DNA of 64,000 bases from Amoebidium appalachense (taxonomy: Eukaryota; Protista; Ichthyosporea). The translations under genes and the position numbers were made by a program. Positions 32,100 to 55,072 of this stretch are shown here, in pieces. The DNA lies in contig CAVNZM010000013.1 in assembly GCA_963693365.1 (NCBI GenBank), positions 4,755,814 to 4,819,813 of the forward strand, read 5' to 3'. Each line of letters begins with the position of its first letter. The first letter of the stretch is position 1. The notes beneath the pieces are model-generated. The model ran no database searches and was not told the DNA's origin. It saw only the letters and a list, made by a program, of their open reading frames with translations.

Positions 32100-33630
32100 T
32101 TTTTTTATTTATATATCACGTAGGGTCTTTTCAGGCCCTCTAGGGAAACTACCGTCTACCACACAGCACCGACAGTACACTAGTTAAGGTGCTATCTATG
32201 AGTTCAACTAAGCTTAACCATCCTTCACAACCTAACTATAAGTACACACTTTGTCCAGGGATACTACCCCAGCCACGCCGGCAGGAGGCTCCAGTCCTCC
32301 CCTCCATTCAAAACCTAGCAATAAACGTTAACCGAGGGCTCTCATTGGTCGATCTACAGTATTGGGAATTCCTAAGTGTTGTCTATAGTATTTACGGTGG
32401 GTATGGGTGGATGATGGGGACCCGGTGTGGTGGTGGTGGTGGTGGTGGGTTGCTGCCTAACATTATGTGTTGTTGTACGTATGTTGTGGCGATGTTTTTG
32501 TGAACTGAAAGGTGGGTTTTACAGGGCACACTGGGTCTGTGTGTGTTCCGGCAGTCAGAACAGGCTGGCCGGGTGTGTGTGGGGGGTGTATTTGTGTGTG
32601 TCTTGGGTTTTTGGGGAGCCATACTTTTCTTTCTACGGGTCACGGGTATATGGTGGTGTTTTTGCATTTTGGGGTGGGTGGGGGGGAGTGTTGTGTTCCG
32701 TGGGTGACAAATTTTTGAAAAGAAAAAGGACTGCAACTCTACTGTGATTTTTCCTAAGATGGCCCGGGTGGTGGTCTTGGTGGTGCCGGTGGCTGCTAGT
32801 AGTGGCCGTGCCCACCAATCGTGGGCAGAATCCCCGTTCGGCCCACTTGATGTCTTCGGGGTCTGGTGGGTCACCGTTGCCCCCTATCCAGTTTATCCAT
32901 GCACATTGGTCTACCACCGTGGCTGCCGTATGTTGGTGCTGTGCCGTGGGGGTGTTTGGGTGACGAGTGTGCAGGATGTGGATGCAGGCTGTGATGGCCG
33001 TGGTCAGGGTGGGGTTGTCCCCGGCATGGGCCGGGCAGGCCCAGAGGTGGGTGGTGGTCTCCGGATGCTGGCTGCACCGGGCATGTGGGCTGTGTAACGA
33101 CGGTGGGGTGATCTCGGTGTAGCCGTGTCATGGTAGGCAGGGTGCCCATAGCCAGGGACAGGCTACGAGTGTTGCCCCTGACGGCCCCGATGGTTGCCTG
33201 TGCGGGCCCCTTGTTGAACTTGAGGGGGTTCCGTTCGGCTGGGAGCAGTCTGGGGTCGGCTAGTATGGACATAGCCTTGGTCTTGCCGGCCATGTCGGTG
33301 ACAGAGGAAGTCCTTGTTCAACCGGTTCAGTGTACCGGGAATGTTGCCGGGGATACGGTGGCCTTGTAGTCGTAGGAAGGATTCCCCCCCCCCCGGGCCC
33401 GGAGGTAGGGGGGGGGGGGGGGGAGGGGGAGGGCTCTTCCTGCATTGGCTGCCTTGTATGCCTCGTTATTCCGTTGACCGTACCGTTTGGTGTTGGATTG
33501 ATGCCCCTTCACCCACGATACCTGTACAGAGCCTGGTTGCCGTAGGGAGAGTTGGTCTCGTACGGAGGGGGGATAGGGCACATAAAAGTTCGACAAAGTG
33601 TCTGGCCAACCGGGCAGGTTGGGTGTGGTG
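32100..33630 (-). mobile_element. Degraded, 5'-truncated non-LTR retrotransposon family C (RNase H end + CCHC knuckle + 3' UTR)
   Basis: Frameshifted minus-strand peptides: VSWVKGHQ...RNNEAYKAANAG (RNase H C-terminal motif, ~33450-33520) and TLPTMTRLHRDHP..PTCP / QHPETTTHLWACP (LINE ORF2 zinc knuckle, ~33030-33150). 3' UTR is shared with the copies at 34183 and 55783; T-rich tail at 32100-32110. Confidence 0.75.
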
Positions 33631-34182
33631 ATGGTGGGTATGTGCGAGGGAGAGAACGGGTGTGAGAAGGGGAAAGGGAGGGGGGGGGGGGGGAGGGGGA
33701 AGAGGGAGAGGGGGGGGGGGGGGGGGGGATATAGTTGGGAGGGGGGGGGGGGGGGGGGGGGGGGCTAAATGGAGAGAATGTAACCAGAGGCATTCATTTT
33801 TGCCGATGCCTTAAAAAAAACTTACTGATGAACGAAAGAGAAGCACACGGGCATACAGCGAGAAAAGCGGCATGGGTGAACGTCCCCCCCCCCCCCCCTC
33901 CCCCCTCTCCCCCCCCTCCCCCCCCCCCCCTCCCCCCCGGTTAGAAGTGTTTTGCAGCTGTCTTTTCTTATTTTATACCTTTCTTTTCTTTTTTTGCCCC
34001 CTCTTGGAAGTCAGAGGGGAGGGGGAGGGGGAGGGAGGGGGGAGGAAGAGGGCTTTTAAGTCAGGATTTCGGCTGGCTTGGCTGGCTAAACCCTCCATCG
34101 TGGCTGGCTAGCCAGCTCGAGCCGGCTGAACCTTAAAATTTCATAGTATTCAATAATAAATGATATATAAGTTGAGATAGTT

Positions 34183-34379
34183 TTATTTTTTTAATCCCGT
34201 TTTGTTCCCGGAGGGCCATTACAGACCCTCTAGGGAAACTACCGTCTACCACACAGCACCGACAGTACACCAGCTAGGGTGATATCTATGAGTTCAGCTA
34301 AGCTAAACCATTCTTCACAAACCTAACCATAAGTACACACTTTGCCCAGGGTTACTACCCCAGCCACGCCGGCAGGAGT
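34183..34379 (-). mobile_element. ~197-bp family C 3'-end copy (SINE-like or truncated LINE) with 12-bp TSD
   Basis: TSD GTTGAGATAGTT at 34171-34182 and 34380-34391. A-rich tail on the minus strand; homologous to 32121-32287. Confidence 0.88.
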
Positions 34380-34557
34380 GTTGAGATAGTTATTCGTAAT
34401 GATTTAGCTTTTAAGCGTTTTTACTTCCGCTTAACTTACAGCCCTGTGTGTGTGTGGGGGGGGGGGGGGGGGGTTGTTTTTGTTTTGGGGGATAAAGAGA
34501 TTGAGTTGAAAGCCAGAGAGGGCACTGGGAGGTGGTTGCAGGAGTTGGGCGGGGAGT

Positions 34558-34603
<46 letters not shown>

Positions 34604-35064
34604 AACGGGTAATTGTCATGCCTTCACACGAACACATAGGGGAAAACTGGATGGGCTCGAAGTGGGGTTGGGTTGGGGAGGGGGTGGGGAGGGGGGGGAG
34701 GGGGGGGGGGGGGGGAGAGGGGGGGGGGGGGGGGGAGAGGGGGGGGGGGGGGCGAGGAATGATTTTACTCATTGGGTTTTTGCATCAGGCAGCCATACAC
34801 CGATAACTTATCATTTGATTATTTCAACTGTATGATCATGAACACGCGAGGGCTGCTGGCTGGTGAAAGTTTCAGTTATCCAAACTTTTCTTGAAATTCA
34901 GTTATGTGATGGCATAGTATCGTAGATATACAAAAGGCACACACAACAGTGCCACGGTAGGCATAGATACAACGAGATAACAAACCGGTTCGCTTTGCCG
35001 GAAATATCCCCCCCACCCCCCCCCCCACCCACCCCCATACACCACCCCCCAAGCCCCTCCATCC

Positions 35065-35095
<31 letters not shown>

Positions 35096-35282
35096 AAGAC
35101 CACCCCAATTTACAACATGCGCAGTTCAGCAGCTGCTATCGAAGTTCAGATTCTGTTCACAGGCTTCCGCAGTCTATAATACATATCACCAACTGGTTGA
35201 TTACGACCATCACATGCACGGTTTTAAAATCAGCTAGTATGTACTAATTGTGTTTCATATTTATTTCTCATACAGCCACAAT

Positions 35283-37259
35283 CTACACCACCGATTCAAC
35301 CTGTGAATTTTCCTCCCCACGACCGTTCTGGTAACCAGCGTTAGCCCACGCAACCGAGCCCACCCCTCTATTCAAACTACTCACGGAGGGCAAGGGCTGC
35401 ACAGATACAAAATAAGACCTCGTGATTGGCTGTTGCCTAGCAACAGTCCCACGTGCACTGCTAACCCTCCGGCGTTGGCCTAGATTGATGCACTCGTTAT
35501 AGTCAAAAGGCCGGTTTTTTGACGTGTCTTCCGTCCCAAAATTCAGATTTGCCACTTGGTACGGTGTCTGCGCGGCGCAAACAATAATTTCAGAAACATC
35601 GAAATCTAAATGTATGATTGTGGACGGGGGAGGGGTGGGTCCAGGGAGTTTCGGCGTTAAGGCGGAGGTAACCGCCAGGCAGAATCCGTTCAGTAGCTCG
35701 AAATAGATTGAACGTGGGACCGTTGTAACCGTAACGTGATCCTCACGTGATTCACACTCAATCACGTGCTTTCCACCAAAAGAAAGCCCCGAAATGCCCG
35801 AAGAGACGCTGGCCATGCTTTCACGTGAGTACGAGCTAAATTGATGGGTAATGTCGTTTGAACTTTTTGAGCTCGTGCGCCGCATGTACATTCGATGGTG
35901 CGAATTCACGTGGTGCGCGTGAACGTGCTGCGCTACACGTGCACACAACAATGCCATCGTGTCGTCATCACCCATTCCCAGGCAGCTCATATGCTGCACC
36001 TCAACAAACGTATTACCAGGTTCGATTCCCGCCATTTCCGCGAGCTTTCCTGCCTCAACCTCGGCTATGAGATTGTTTGCGTATTGAAACCCGAGCGCGT
36101 TTTCCAAACTGGTAATTGCACTTCTCTGACGCATTTGTCTGGCGAGTTTTGTTGGAAAGGTGTATTTACCCGAAGAAAACTGATTGGGCGGGAGGCAGTT
36201 TTCCAAATTTTCCAGCAAATGGGGGTCCAAATCGTCCAGCTGCAGCGAATGCTGGGTGAAAAAGGGGGTGTCCAATACTTCTAAAGTCAAATTTTCACAG
36301 TCCCTTAGTATGGACTGCGTGCACAAAAGCCCCATCTGCACCACATCCTCCTCGTTCACGGTGCAAATTTCATCCCCGAAATGGAGCCCCGCCCGCCACG
36401 CCGCCGATTTTGCCCCACCAACACGTCCATCAGGGTACTCATGCACGAAAACGACACAAACCCGCCGGCGAACATACCACAAAACAGCGCCAAAATCCTC
36501 CCCTTTTACTTTGGAAATGCGCAACGTTCTCCGGGAAAGGTGGGATATGGATGGTTCTTGCGGTGCCTCGTCGTGCTCGATTTCTGTTGGTGCTGTTACG
36601 TTTTCGATGATAATAGAATCGTTCGTGAGCGAGGATTCGTGTGATGCCTGACGTGAATAAGTCTTGCTAGTACTCGTTGCAATTGCACAGGCAGCAGGGG
36701 CTGAAGAAATTTGCCTCAAGGGCGAAGGGCGGCTATGGGCACCCTGTGTGGTGTTGGGTGAAGGAAACTCGTTTTGGTAGAAAAAATGCTTGCTCTCGTC
36801 CTCCGAGTGACTAGTAGTACTCGATGGGCTGGCAAGATAAATCCCTTGCAACCCGGTCAGGTACGCCTCTGCCAGCGAAGAAACGGTTTCTATTTCGGAC
36901 GAGGAGCCCCTTCGTGTGAGACTCGCACGTGTGCTTTGTGGTGAGTGGTCGTCGTGTTCGTTGGAAAAGTGTGCGAGGTTTGGGACCGTGCTTGCCCGCG
37001 GGATTGAGTTTGGGCGGCGCCGAATCGCAAGTGGGTCTTCATTTTCAGGTTGACTATTCATGTTAGGTTGCTCTCTCGTTGTTGGGCTAACGTTTTCAGT
37101 GTTGGTAGGGGAATTTTCGTTTGTGTCCCTTGAAGATTGTGATTGTGTATAGGCAGCGTGCGCGTGTGCACGTGTGTGTGCGGTGGTGGTGGTTTCACTT
37201 TGCGCACTGGTGGAGGAAGAACCAGCGAAAAAGGACCACAACATGTTTGGAAACACCAT
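35283..37259 (-). CDS. Syntenin-like tandem-PDZ protein, 658 aa, intronless
   Basis: PDZ1 (RTLRISK..EDFGAVL...SAAWRAGLHFGDEICTVN...LTLEVLDTPF) and PDZ2 (LGFQYANNLIAEV...LAEMAGI...EVQHMSCLGMGDD...VTVTTVPRSIYFELL) follow the syntenin pattern. S/T-rich disordered N-terminus; C-terminus ESVV. Confidence 0.8.
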   Translation of the reverse strand: MVFPNMLWSFFAGSSSTSAQSETTTTAHTRAHAHAAYTQSQSSRDTNENSPTNTENVSPTTREQPNMNSQPENEDPLAIRRRPNSIPRASTVPNLAHFSNEHDDHSPQSTRASLTRRGSSSEIETVSSLAEAYLTGLQGIYLASPSSTTSHSEDESKHFFYQNEFPSPNTTQGAHSRPSPLRQISSAPAACAIATSTSKTYSRQASHESSLTNDSIIIENVTAPTEIEHDEAPQEPSISHLSRRTLRISKVKGEDFGAVLWYVRRRVCVVFVHEYPDGRVGGAKSAAWRAGLHFGDEICTVNEEDVVQMGLLCTQSILRDCENLTLEVLDTPFFTQHSLQLDDLDPHLLENLENCLPPNQFSSGKYTFPTKLARQMRQRSAITSLENALGFQYANNLIAEVEAGKLAEMAGIEPGNTFVEVQHMSCLGMGDDDTMALLCARVAQHVHAHHVNSHHRMYMRRTSSKSSNDITHQFSSYSRESMASVSSGISGLSFGGKHVIECESREDHVTVTTVPRSIYFELLNGFCLAVTSALTPKLPGPTPPPSTIIHLDFDVSEIIVCAAQTPYQVANLNFGTEDTSKNRPFDYNECINLGQRRRVSSARGTVARQQPITRSYFVSVQPLPSVSSLNRGVGSVAWANAGYQNGRGEENSQVESVV

Positions 37260-38270
37260 TGTTGAAATATAGACGACAGATAGATTAGTTTATGGATATG
37301 TTTTAAAGGGTGTGAAAGACTGTGTGATTACATATTTTGAGAGTTGAAATTCAAGACCTAAATCAAAAGCGCAGTCACAAAACACGCCGAGTATGTGTAC
37401 ATCATGTGGTGAATGGGCCATTTCATGTTTGAACTCCCAAACAAACTGAATCGAAAGGAAAAGTCAATCCTTTTGTCACACAGTGTTTTTCCTAATCACA
37501 TCATTGAGAGAACGGTATTGGTGCAACTAAAGTTAGCCACAGATTTTCCTTTCAATATTCTGCCAGATCGAATCAGCATGAGAACACCGTAGAGTGGATC
37601 AAATGTCATCCACTAAGTCAGTTTATATACCACCGCCCGGGTATAACCCGTGTATAAGATACAGTCATCTTGGATCAATTTCAAGACTTGATATTTCATA
37701 ATTATGGGATTTATGGCATAAAAGTTAATCAAATAAAGTGATAAATATAAATTTAAAACTATATTTTCTCTGTAAGTAGCTGGTTTATAGATGAGTGCCA
37801 TGGTTTTCTAATCACCTCCGAGACATAATTTCTATACGGATCGCTGTAAACTAAGAATGCAATCCGAGACGGTCATTCGCTGGACAAAAACATCTCAACA
37901 CAAAAAGCTGATCTATAACCAACCATCATTATTTAAAAGTAGAATAACCATTAGTAGCTAAAACAAGAGCTTTTTAATCCAATGTATACTGCTCAATCTG
38001 AGCCATAGAGAATGGCTAATTTTAATTGGCTGTCTAAGAATAGACACGATTGCGCAAACGCTCTGACTCCAAGAAAAATCACGAGTCGGCAAACCGCGTG
38101 CACACAAACACACACACACGCACACACACACGTGTACACACACACCAGTTCTTTTGAACTAATACCTGAATTTAGCACATATATGTGCACCTCATCTATA
38201 TAGCATTGGCCACTCCACCTTTTCTCTGTACACATCTTTTTATAACCCACACGGCAGACCTCTCTTGAAA

Positions 38271-48048
<9,778 letters not shown>

Positions 48049-48345
48049 TGTGTGAGGGCAGTGAATCGAACCGGCTCGGGGATTGGTTTATATTTTTTTT
48101 ACCGAGCAGACATTCGGTTTTTCCAACCAATAACGGCTCCCCTTTTAGTTTTATGTTTCTGTCTCATCATATAATGATTCGAGCCTGTGGTTGCTTCAAA
48201 GGCAAAGGAGAGTATAGCAATTCCAGTCTTCTATTGTCTGTTCTTTGAATTCTTGAATCGTGCCGTACTGTTCAATGGGCACCTCCCTTTGTTGTCTGTG
48301 GTGATGCTATGTGCTACTTTTGGGTGTTTTTTTCTTCTTTTTCTT

Positions 48346-48376
<31 letters not shown>

Positions 48377-49293
48377 GGGGGGTTATAGAACACCGTGTTT
48401 TTACTATAACATCATTTTTGTGAATTTTCTTGGTGGCATGGCTAATTCTGAATAATGTCCATATTTACCTACATTATTTTTTTTTCTGAACACTGCCTGG
48501 GCAGTTATCTAGAGAAGATAACGAAATTTCAATTACGAGAATGCTGCTTGCACATTTGTGACCCACATCCGAATATCAGGGCTAGAGATGGCGTCGCCTA
48601 TGGACCCCACCATCTATCCCCCCCCCCCCCCCCCCCCCCCTCCCCCCCCTCCCCCCAAGTTCAGTTGATGCTGCTGTCTGAGTTGGAGAGTTGTATTTAC
48701 GCGGGCTTAAGGGCCGAAACTCAGACGCAATTGATGACTTGGGCCCTCGCTGACAGCGAGGGGGCCCGGGTACCATATCAGGAGCGGGCAATTTTTGAAT
48801 TCTCCCTCCCCGGCCCCGCCGGGGAAAATTTGAGGTTTTTGGACCTCAAAGAAGTCAAATCCTGCAAAATCCACTACCGGGAGGCCAAAAAGGGTGATTT
48901 TACAAAAAAGGAGGGACATACATGAAAAAGAGAAAATGGGCGAGTTCAGTGGGCTGCCGATAAGTATATTTCGTGCTGGGCCGGTATACATGCTGCCGTG
49001 GTTGTTGCTGTAGACGGCAGTATGGCATCGCATGTGTCACGTGACCTGCACGTGAATGCGACCATGTGCAGGCACTGAGTCTAGGGGGATTTGTATGTGT
49101 GTTTTGGAGCACCGACAAGGCAGAGCCAGGGTGAGGGATGTGTACTGAGGAGGAGGAGGGAGGATGGGCTCTACTTATGACGCATACTGTGCACATGGCT
49201 GATGTTGCATACTTAATTGTTTGCCTTTGCATGTGTCCTGCACCATGCTTCTCGTCGTGTATGCGTACTTCGTACGTACCGTGTTCTGCATTC

Positions 49294-49338
<45 letters not shown>

Positions 49339-50260
49339 CCGACACATTCGCAATCACCGTTGCACATGCATACAAGCACACCTTAGCCGTGATAACGATC
49401 ATGTACCTGTCAGTCTTGAGTCCCTATGATCGATCCCCGGGCCAGGAGTGCAGGTGGCATCCAAAATTTCCAGCTTTTTACGACTCCTAGCTAGGATCCC
49501 CCCTCCCCCCCCCCCCCCCCCCTTTCCCCTCAGCTGGCTCATAGATCCCCCCTCCCCCCCCCCACTTCCCCACAGCTGGCTCATAGATCCCCTCCCCCCT
49601 CCCCCAGCCCATGGATCTTCCCCCCCCCCCCTCCTCCCCCGGCCCATGGATCTCCACTCCCCCCCCCCCCTCCCCCTGCTCACAGGATCTCCCCCCCCCT
49701 CCCCCCCCCCCCATCACCCCGCCGCGCGTGCCTGGGCATGTCACGCAATTGTCAAAAGCTTTAAGATCTTCTTGGCATAACCTCCCTTTTCGAATTCCAT
49801 CATCCCATTAAAGGTCCCACTTAAAAACTAGATATACACCTTGACATTTGCACGCATATTAACACCACGTCTTGCGGCTACTACCATATATGGTAATGTA
49901 CATGCACCCAACACCTACCAATCCCAGGAGATTCAAAAGCTTAAGCAAGGATTTGAAATCTCAAACCGCAAAAAGCCCTGTATTCACCCCTATTTGTTGA
50001 TGATGAAGTAATTTCAATGCTCGAAAACTGTGTGTAAAAACTTACTATGTCCATTTATCGAGTATTTGAAACATACATGCTTTTAATCATTAATATTCAG
50101 CCACAGCCACAAACGGGCCGGATAAAATTTTGCAATATTAGATAAATGGCTGTGTGCTCTTACAAGCAGCAATATGCGCATGCATATGATATCACAGCAA
50201 ATTCTTTGAGCATCATACTGATATGTACAGTGTACGTCCAAGTATTCCCACTTACTCCCC

Positions 50261-50291
<31 letters not shown>

Positions 50292-50651
50292 AAACCCCTC
50301 CCCCTCCCCCCCCCACACCCCCAAAAAAAGGAGCTCGAAGGGGGGGGGACTCTCGTTTCCTCGTCTCCCCAAACATACAATGGGTATAACAACGCAAAAC
50401 TACAACGCTTATGTTCACCTAACTAGGTCCATACGGTAGGTTCGATTTTTTAAAGCATATATGGCCGCCCTCAACCAAGCAGCCATACATCGAAAAAGAA
50501 CCCGGGAAACACTCACACATACACGTGCACACACACTTATTTATCTTGAGGCTAGCCAAGCTCCAACTATAATTTTGCTTTTACAAAGCCGGTATATGCG
50601 CATGCCAACTCCAACCAAGTAGACCAAAAACCACGTAAACGTGACTCTAAT

Positions 50652-50693
<42 letters not shown>

Positions 50694-50832
50694 CCCCTCC
50701 CCCCCCCCCCCCCCCCCCCCCCCCCACCCCCGCCCTCCGCTCTCCTCCCTCTAAAACCTCCCCCCTCCATCCACCCCTCCCCCCCCCCCCCCCTCCCCCT
50801 CTTCCTCCCCCCCCCTCTCCTCCCAGCCCAAG

Positions 50833-51540
50833 CTACTCAATCCCATGTGCACCTGCCTCCTTCACCACTCTCACAGGCTCGCCCTTCTCATCCACCTTCA
50901 ACTCAAACATCACCTCGTTCGTAGTCAGCCACGGGAATGTAAACGGGGAGTTATACCCAGCCACCTCCCACACGCTCGACTTCAACTCGTACCCATCCTC
51001 CTTCAATCTTTTCTCGAGTTCTTTTGCCTTCTCTTCAGGTTGCGAGTAAAGAATTCTCCCACTGAACACGTGCACAGCAACAACACGCCCAGGCAGCATA
51101 CGAAGCTTCACTGCCGGATTCGTGGGTGTAGGTGCAGTGTCAATCGTCTGTGCGGATGGTAGCACAAATGCCATACGAGTCATGTTTGCAATCCCACCAT
51201 CATTCCCACTCTTTGCACTACCCCCCTGGCCCATGAATACAGGCGCTGTCATTGCCAACTTCTCCCCCTTTGCACCTGTGCTGTCCATCATTACAGGTGC
51301 GGTCATTGCAAGCGCTGTTTTGGATTGATTTTCCGGTGTTGTGAACACGCCGATGTAGCGCGCGAGGGTGCGGAAAGCCATAGATGTGAACTCTTGTCCT
51401 GTGGGATTTCCGGTGAGATCTGCGGAATTGACCTCTGCAAGAAGGATGGGGGCATAGCGACGTACTTGGTAGAAGGCGGTCTGTGTGAGCACCTCGTGTT
51501 TGGGTGTCTCCTCGTTGATCTTTCCGAACACAGCGCCCAT
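50833..51540 (-). CDS. SOUL haem-binding family protein, 235 aa, intronless
   Basis: ETPKHEVL..YQVRRY, AFRTLARYIG...N, AMTAPV twice, MAFVLPS...PTPTNPAVKL, AGYNSPFTFPWLTTNEV. N-terminal MGAVFGK is a possible myristoylation site. Confidence 0.92.
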   Translation of the reverse strand: MGAVFGKINEETPKHEVLTQTAFYQVRRYAPILLAEVNSADLTGNPTGQEFTSMAFRTLARYIGVFTTPENQSKTALAMTAPVMMDSTGAKGEKLAMTAPVFMGQGGSAKSGNDGGIANMTRMAFVLPSAQTIDTAPTPTNPAVKLRMLPGRVVAVHVFSGRILYSQPEEKAKELEKRLKEDGYELKSSVWEVAGYNSPFTFPWLTTNEVMFELKVDEKGEPVRVVKEAGAHGIE

Positions 51541-53850
51541 GGTTGATGCGTTGTAGGCGTGGAAGGCTGTAACTTGGGGGGGGTGTCTTTCGTTGTGTTG
51601 CCAATGAGCAGAACGAGCGAAAGTGTGTAGCGATTTGAAACGGAGAAGCGTAAATGGTTATGTGGAGTGTGGTAAAGTTACGCTCTGGGAGTATTAGGGA
51701 AAAGACTTGATATGCTGTTTGGTTTTTGTGTCTGTGCCGATCGTTTCACAACTTCAAGCTCTTTCGTAAAGGCTGGCCACTGTGACCGGCAAATTTCTTC
51801 TTTCTTTTCACAAGGAGTGCCGTTTTTTATATGGTGCGTTAGTCTAACAAACGTTTACTTGTAGAGATGTGTTTAGTGGAAAAAATGCCGGCATTTGGCC
51901 AAGCTGCTTGCGTACTGACTGGCAGACTATTGCTTGTGGCTCACTGGTAGGGACACCGTCAAATGAAACCCAAGACTGATCTTGTGCAGCATTTTTCACG
52001 TTTTGTGCACATGTGTACACCGGACGGTATACAAACACGCTGGGCATGTGTATTATCAGCCTTTTGAAAATGAAGGCTACTGACAACCACACATGTACGT
52101 GTGTGCGCCTCTGGGATGCGTGTGTGTCTGCGTGCTGTCTGCACACTGGGTACTGTTGGGGGGGGCTGAATGGGGGATGTTGCACGTTGAGTTCCAGATC
52201 CCCTCATGCATAAATGCACAAGCTGAGCTTGTGAAAGCGATCGGTGGGTTGGGTAGGGTAGGAGGGCTGAGCTGGGAGGGCTTCCACTTTTACCGTTTTT
52301 ATACCGGTTTATTGTGTGCCACTGCACATAGACGAGTACGAGGCCTGCGAATGTACTTTTAAGGCCACCGATTGATTCTAGTACACGGAATTGCATAGGA
52401 TCCCAGTCTCCCAGACATGACATGGCCAGGTTTTATAGCGATCAAGCGCAACATCCTCTAGATCTATACTTGTTGTAACTGCGTGGGGGGGGCCCATGAC
52501 TATGGGAATATGAGCCGGAGCCTTTTGGGGCTCTCGTGTGGTGTTATGGGGCTTTGCAGTCATCGGGATTTATGTCTGACATGGTGATAATGCAGGACAT
52601 GTTGGCAGGATGTTACGGCTGGGGTTCGATGTTTGTCTTGCAGGGAACACGCTTCATCTTCGGCGGTGTGTGTGTGCATTCGATAAACTCTGGAATTTGG
52701 CTTGTAGAAGGGTGTGTGGCCGGGTGTGGTGTTTCCTTTTCCCCCGATATACCTGTGGGTGCTTTGCCAAGTGGCCTTTTTGAACGAGTCGGGCCGCGTG
52801 CATCTGGTGATGATCTGGGTGTATTTGTGCGCTACACTGAGCTAAATTTCCATACACATTCAATAAGAATTCTGAGGTTGGATAGCATGGTGTTGTGTGT
52901 TATCAGTTGGTCGTAAAGGGTTTACCTGAATGCGGTCGTATCGAAGACGTATGCCTCTGCCAATTACTGAAGCCGGAGACTTCACTCTTGTTGCCGGCAG
53001 TGGTGATGGTTGTGTGTTTACCCCCGCCTCCCCTTCTTCCTCCCCCCCCCCCCCCCCCCCCCCTCTTGTTTCTCTCTCATCCCCCCCCCCCCCCCCCGGT
53101 TTATCTCTCTCTCTCTCTCTCTCCTCAAGTTCTCGCTCTCAAGATTTTTCTCTCTACAACTTCTTCTTCTCTGTTTTCTCCTTCTCTCTCATCCCCATCC
53201 TCCCCCCCTTCTTCGTTTATCTCTCTCTCTATCTCCTGAAGTTCTCGCTCTCAAGATTTCTCTCTCTTTTCTCCCCCCCCCCCCCCCCCCTCACCCCCCT
53301 TCTTCTCCCTCCCTCCTTCCCCTGCCTATTTCCCGCCCTCCCCCAACTCTTTCTTTCTTTCCTCTCCTTCCTTTCTTCCCTCTCTCTCTCTCTCTCTCTC
53401 TCCCTCCCCCCCCCCCCTTCCCCCCGCCCCCTCCCCCCCCCCAATTTCTCTCTCTCTCGACACACTCTCTCTCACTCTGTTTGTGCCCCTCTCCCCCTCT
53501 CCCCTCCCCTCTTCTCCCCTCTCTCCGAGCAAACCCCGGATCTCCACCCTCATCCGTGGACTATGCGTGCTTTATCAAGCAGCTCGAAACCCATGACCGC
53601 AGGCGTATTCCATGCACACGCATGTAGACACGCATGTTTTTTTGAGCCGCAGACCGGCACACGTTGCACACGCCGAGCACGTATGTACCCACACACATGC
53701 AACACCCGCTTTTTTTAGAAGCGCTGTGTTACGGTGCAGGCGGGCCATCGCATATGCACGATGGCAGGTCCCGGCAGGTTTTCTGATATATTGTAAGACA
53801 CACGCTTGCACACTCTTGCACACAGCAAAGACCACTCGATGGCTAGCTCT

Positions 53851-53902
<52 letters not shown>

Positions 53903-55034
53903 TGTGTGTGCGTGTGCGTGTGCGTGTGTGTGTGCGTGTGTGTGCGTGTGCGTGTGTATGTCTGTGTGTGTGTGCATGTGCATGTGTGCGTGGGTGCGTG
54001 CGTGTATGTGGTGGTGGTGGTGGGGGGGGGGGGGGGGGGGGGGAAGGGGGGGAAGGGACGGTGAGGGGGGAGAGGGGGGAGGAGAGAGAGAGGGGGCGGG
54101 GGGGAGAGGGGGGGAGAGGAGGGTGGAGGGGCGCCGGAGGAGGGCTCCCTCTCTCTAAGTAACAGAAAGTTTAAGTTCTGGCACACACCCGTTCTGGTGG
54201 CACCCACCCACACAATCTTTGCCGCATCAGGCTGTGTATATTCAGTATCTTAATTTGAGCTGGAACAAAGTTTTTTATCAACAATAGCATGTATGTCCTT
54301 GTGACGCTCGAGGCTGTGATCAAACGGATCCCTGGCAACATTCACAGCAAAGTTAAAAGTTGCAGTCATGAATTATTGGTCTTATGGTTTTTTTAGAACC
54401 ACATAAACAGTCTGGACTGTGCTGTGTCTACAGACCTATCACTAGTGACGTGCAAAATGCACAATTAGTACTCGCGAGACCTTACAAGGGACAAGGCCCT
54501 GAACGGGAATGAATCCCCCCTCCCCCCCCCCCCCTCCCCCCCCCCAGGGTTCCCCCTCCGCTTTTCTAGCTAGAGCTCCGACCCCCCCCCCCCCCCCCTC
54601 CACCCCCCTCCGACCCTCCACCCACAACCCCCATCCCCTCCCTCCTCCCCTCAAGCCCCCTCCCCCGGGCCCCCATCCCCCCTCCAATTTCTGTATCCCC
54701 CCACCCCCCCCCCCCCCCCCCCCCGTTTCCACCTCCCAGCGGTGGCACCCACCACACACAACCTTCCCCCACTTCCCCCCTGGGGAATTCCCCTCCCTCC
54801 CCCCCCCTCCCCCCCTCCCCCCCCCCCTCCCCGCTCCTCCGTCCTGCCTCCTCTGATCCTCCTCTCCCTCCCGCCCCGAACCCTTCGCCCCTCTTCCCCC
54901 TCCCCCCCCCCCTTCCCCCCCTCCCCCCTCTTTCACACACACACACACACAGAGAGAGAGACCGGCACAACAAAAATAGGAGCGAAAAAAAGAAAAAAGG
55001 AAAGTGATGTGAAAAAATTATCGAATTTCAGGAA

Positions 55035-55072
<38 letters not shown>

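Noticed and set aside
49490-49700. Short degenerate GATCCCC / CAGCTGGCTCATAGATCCCC tandem units
   Set aside because: Ordinary low-copy minisatellite among C-runs with no further structure.
52350-52980. Complex-sequence island that might be a decayed gene or TE
   Set aside because: No long ORF or recognisable motif in the frames I examined.
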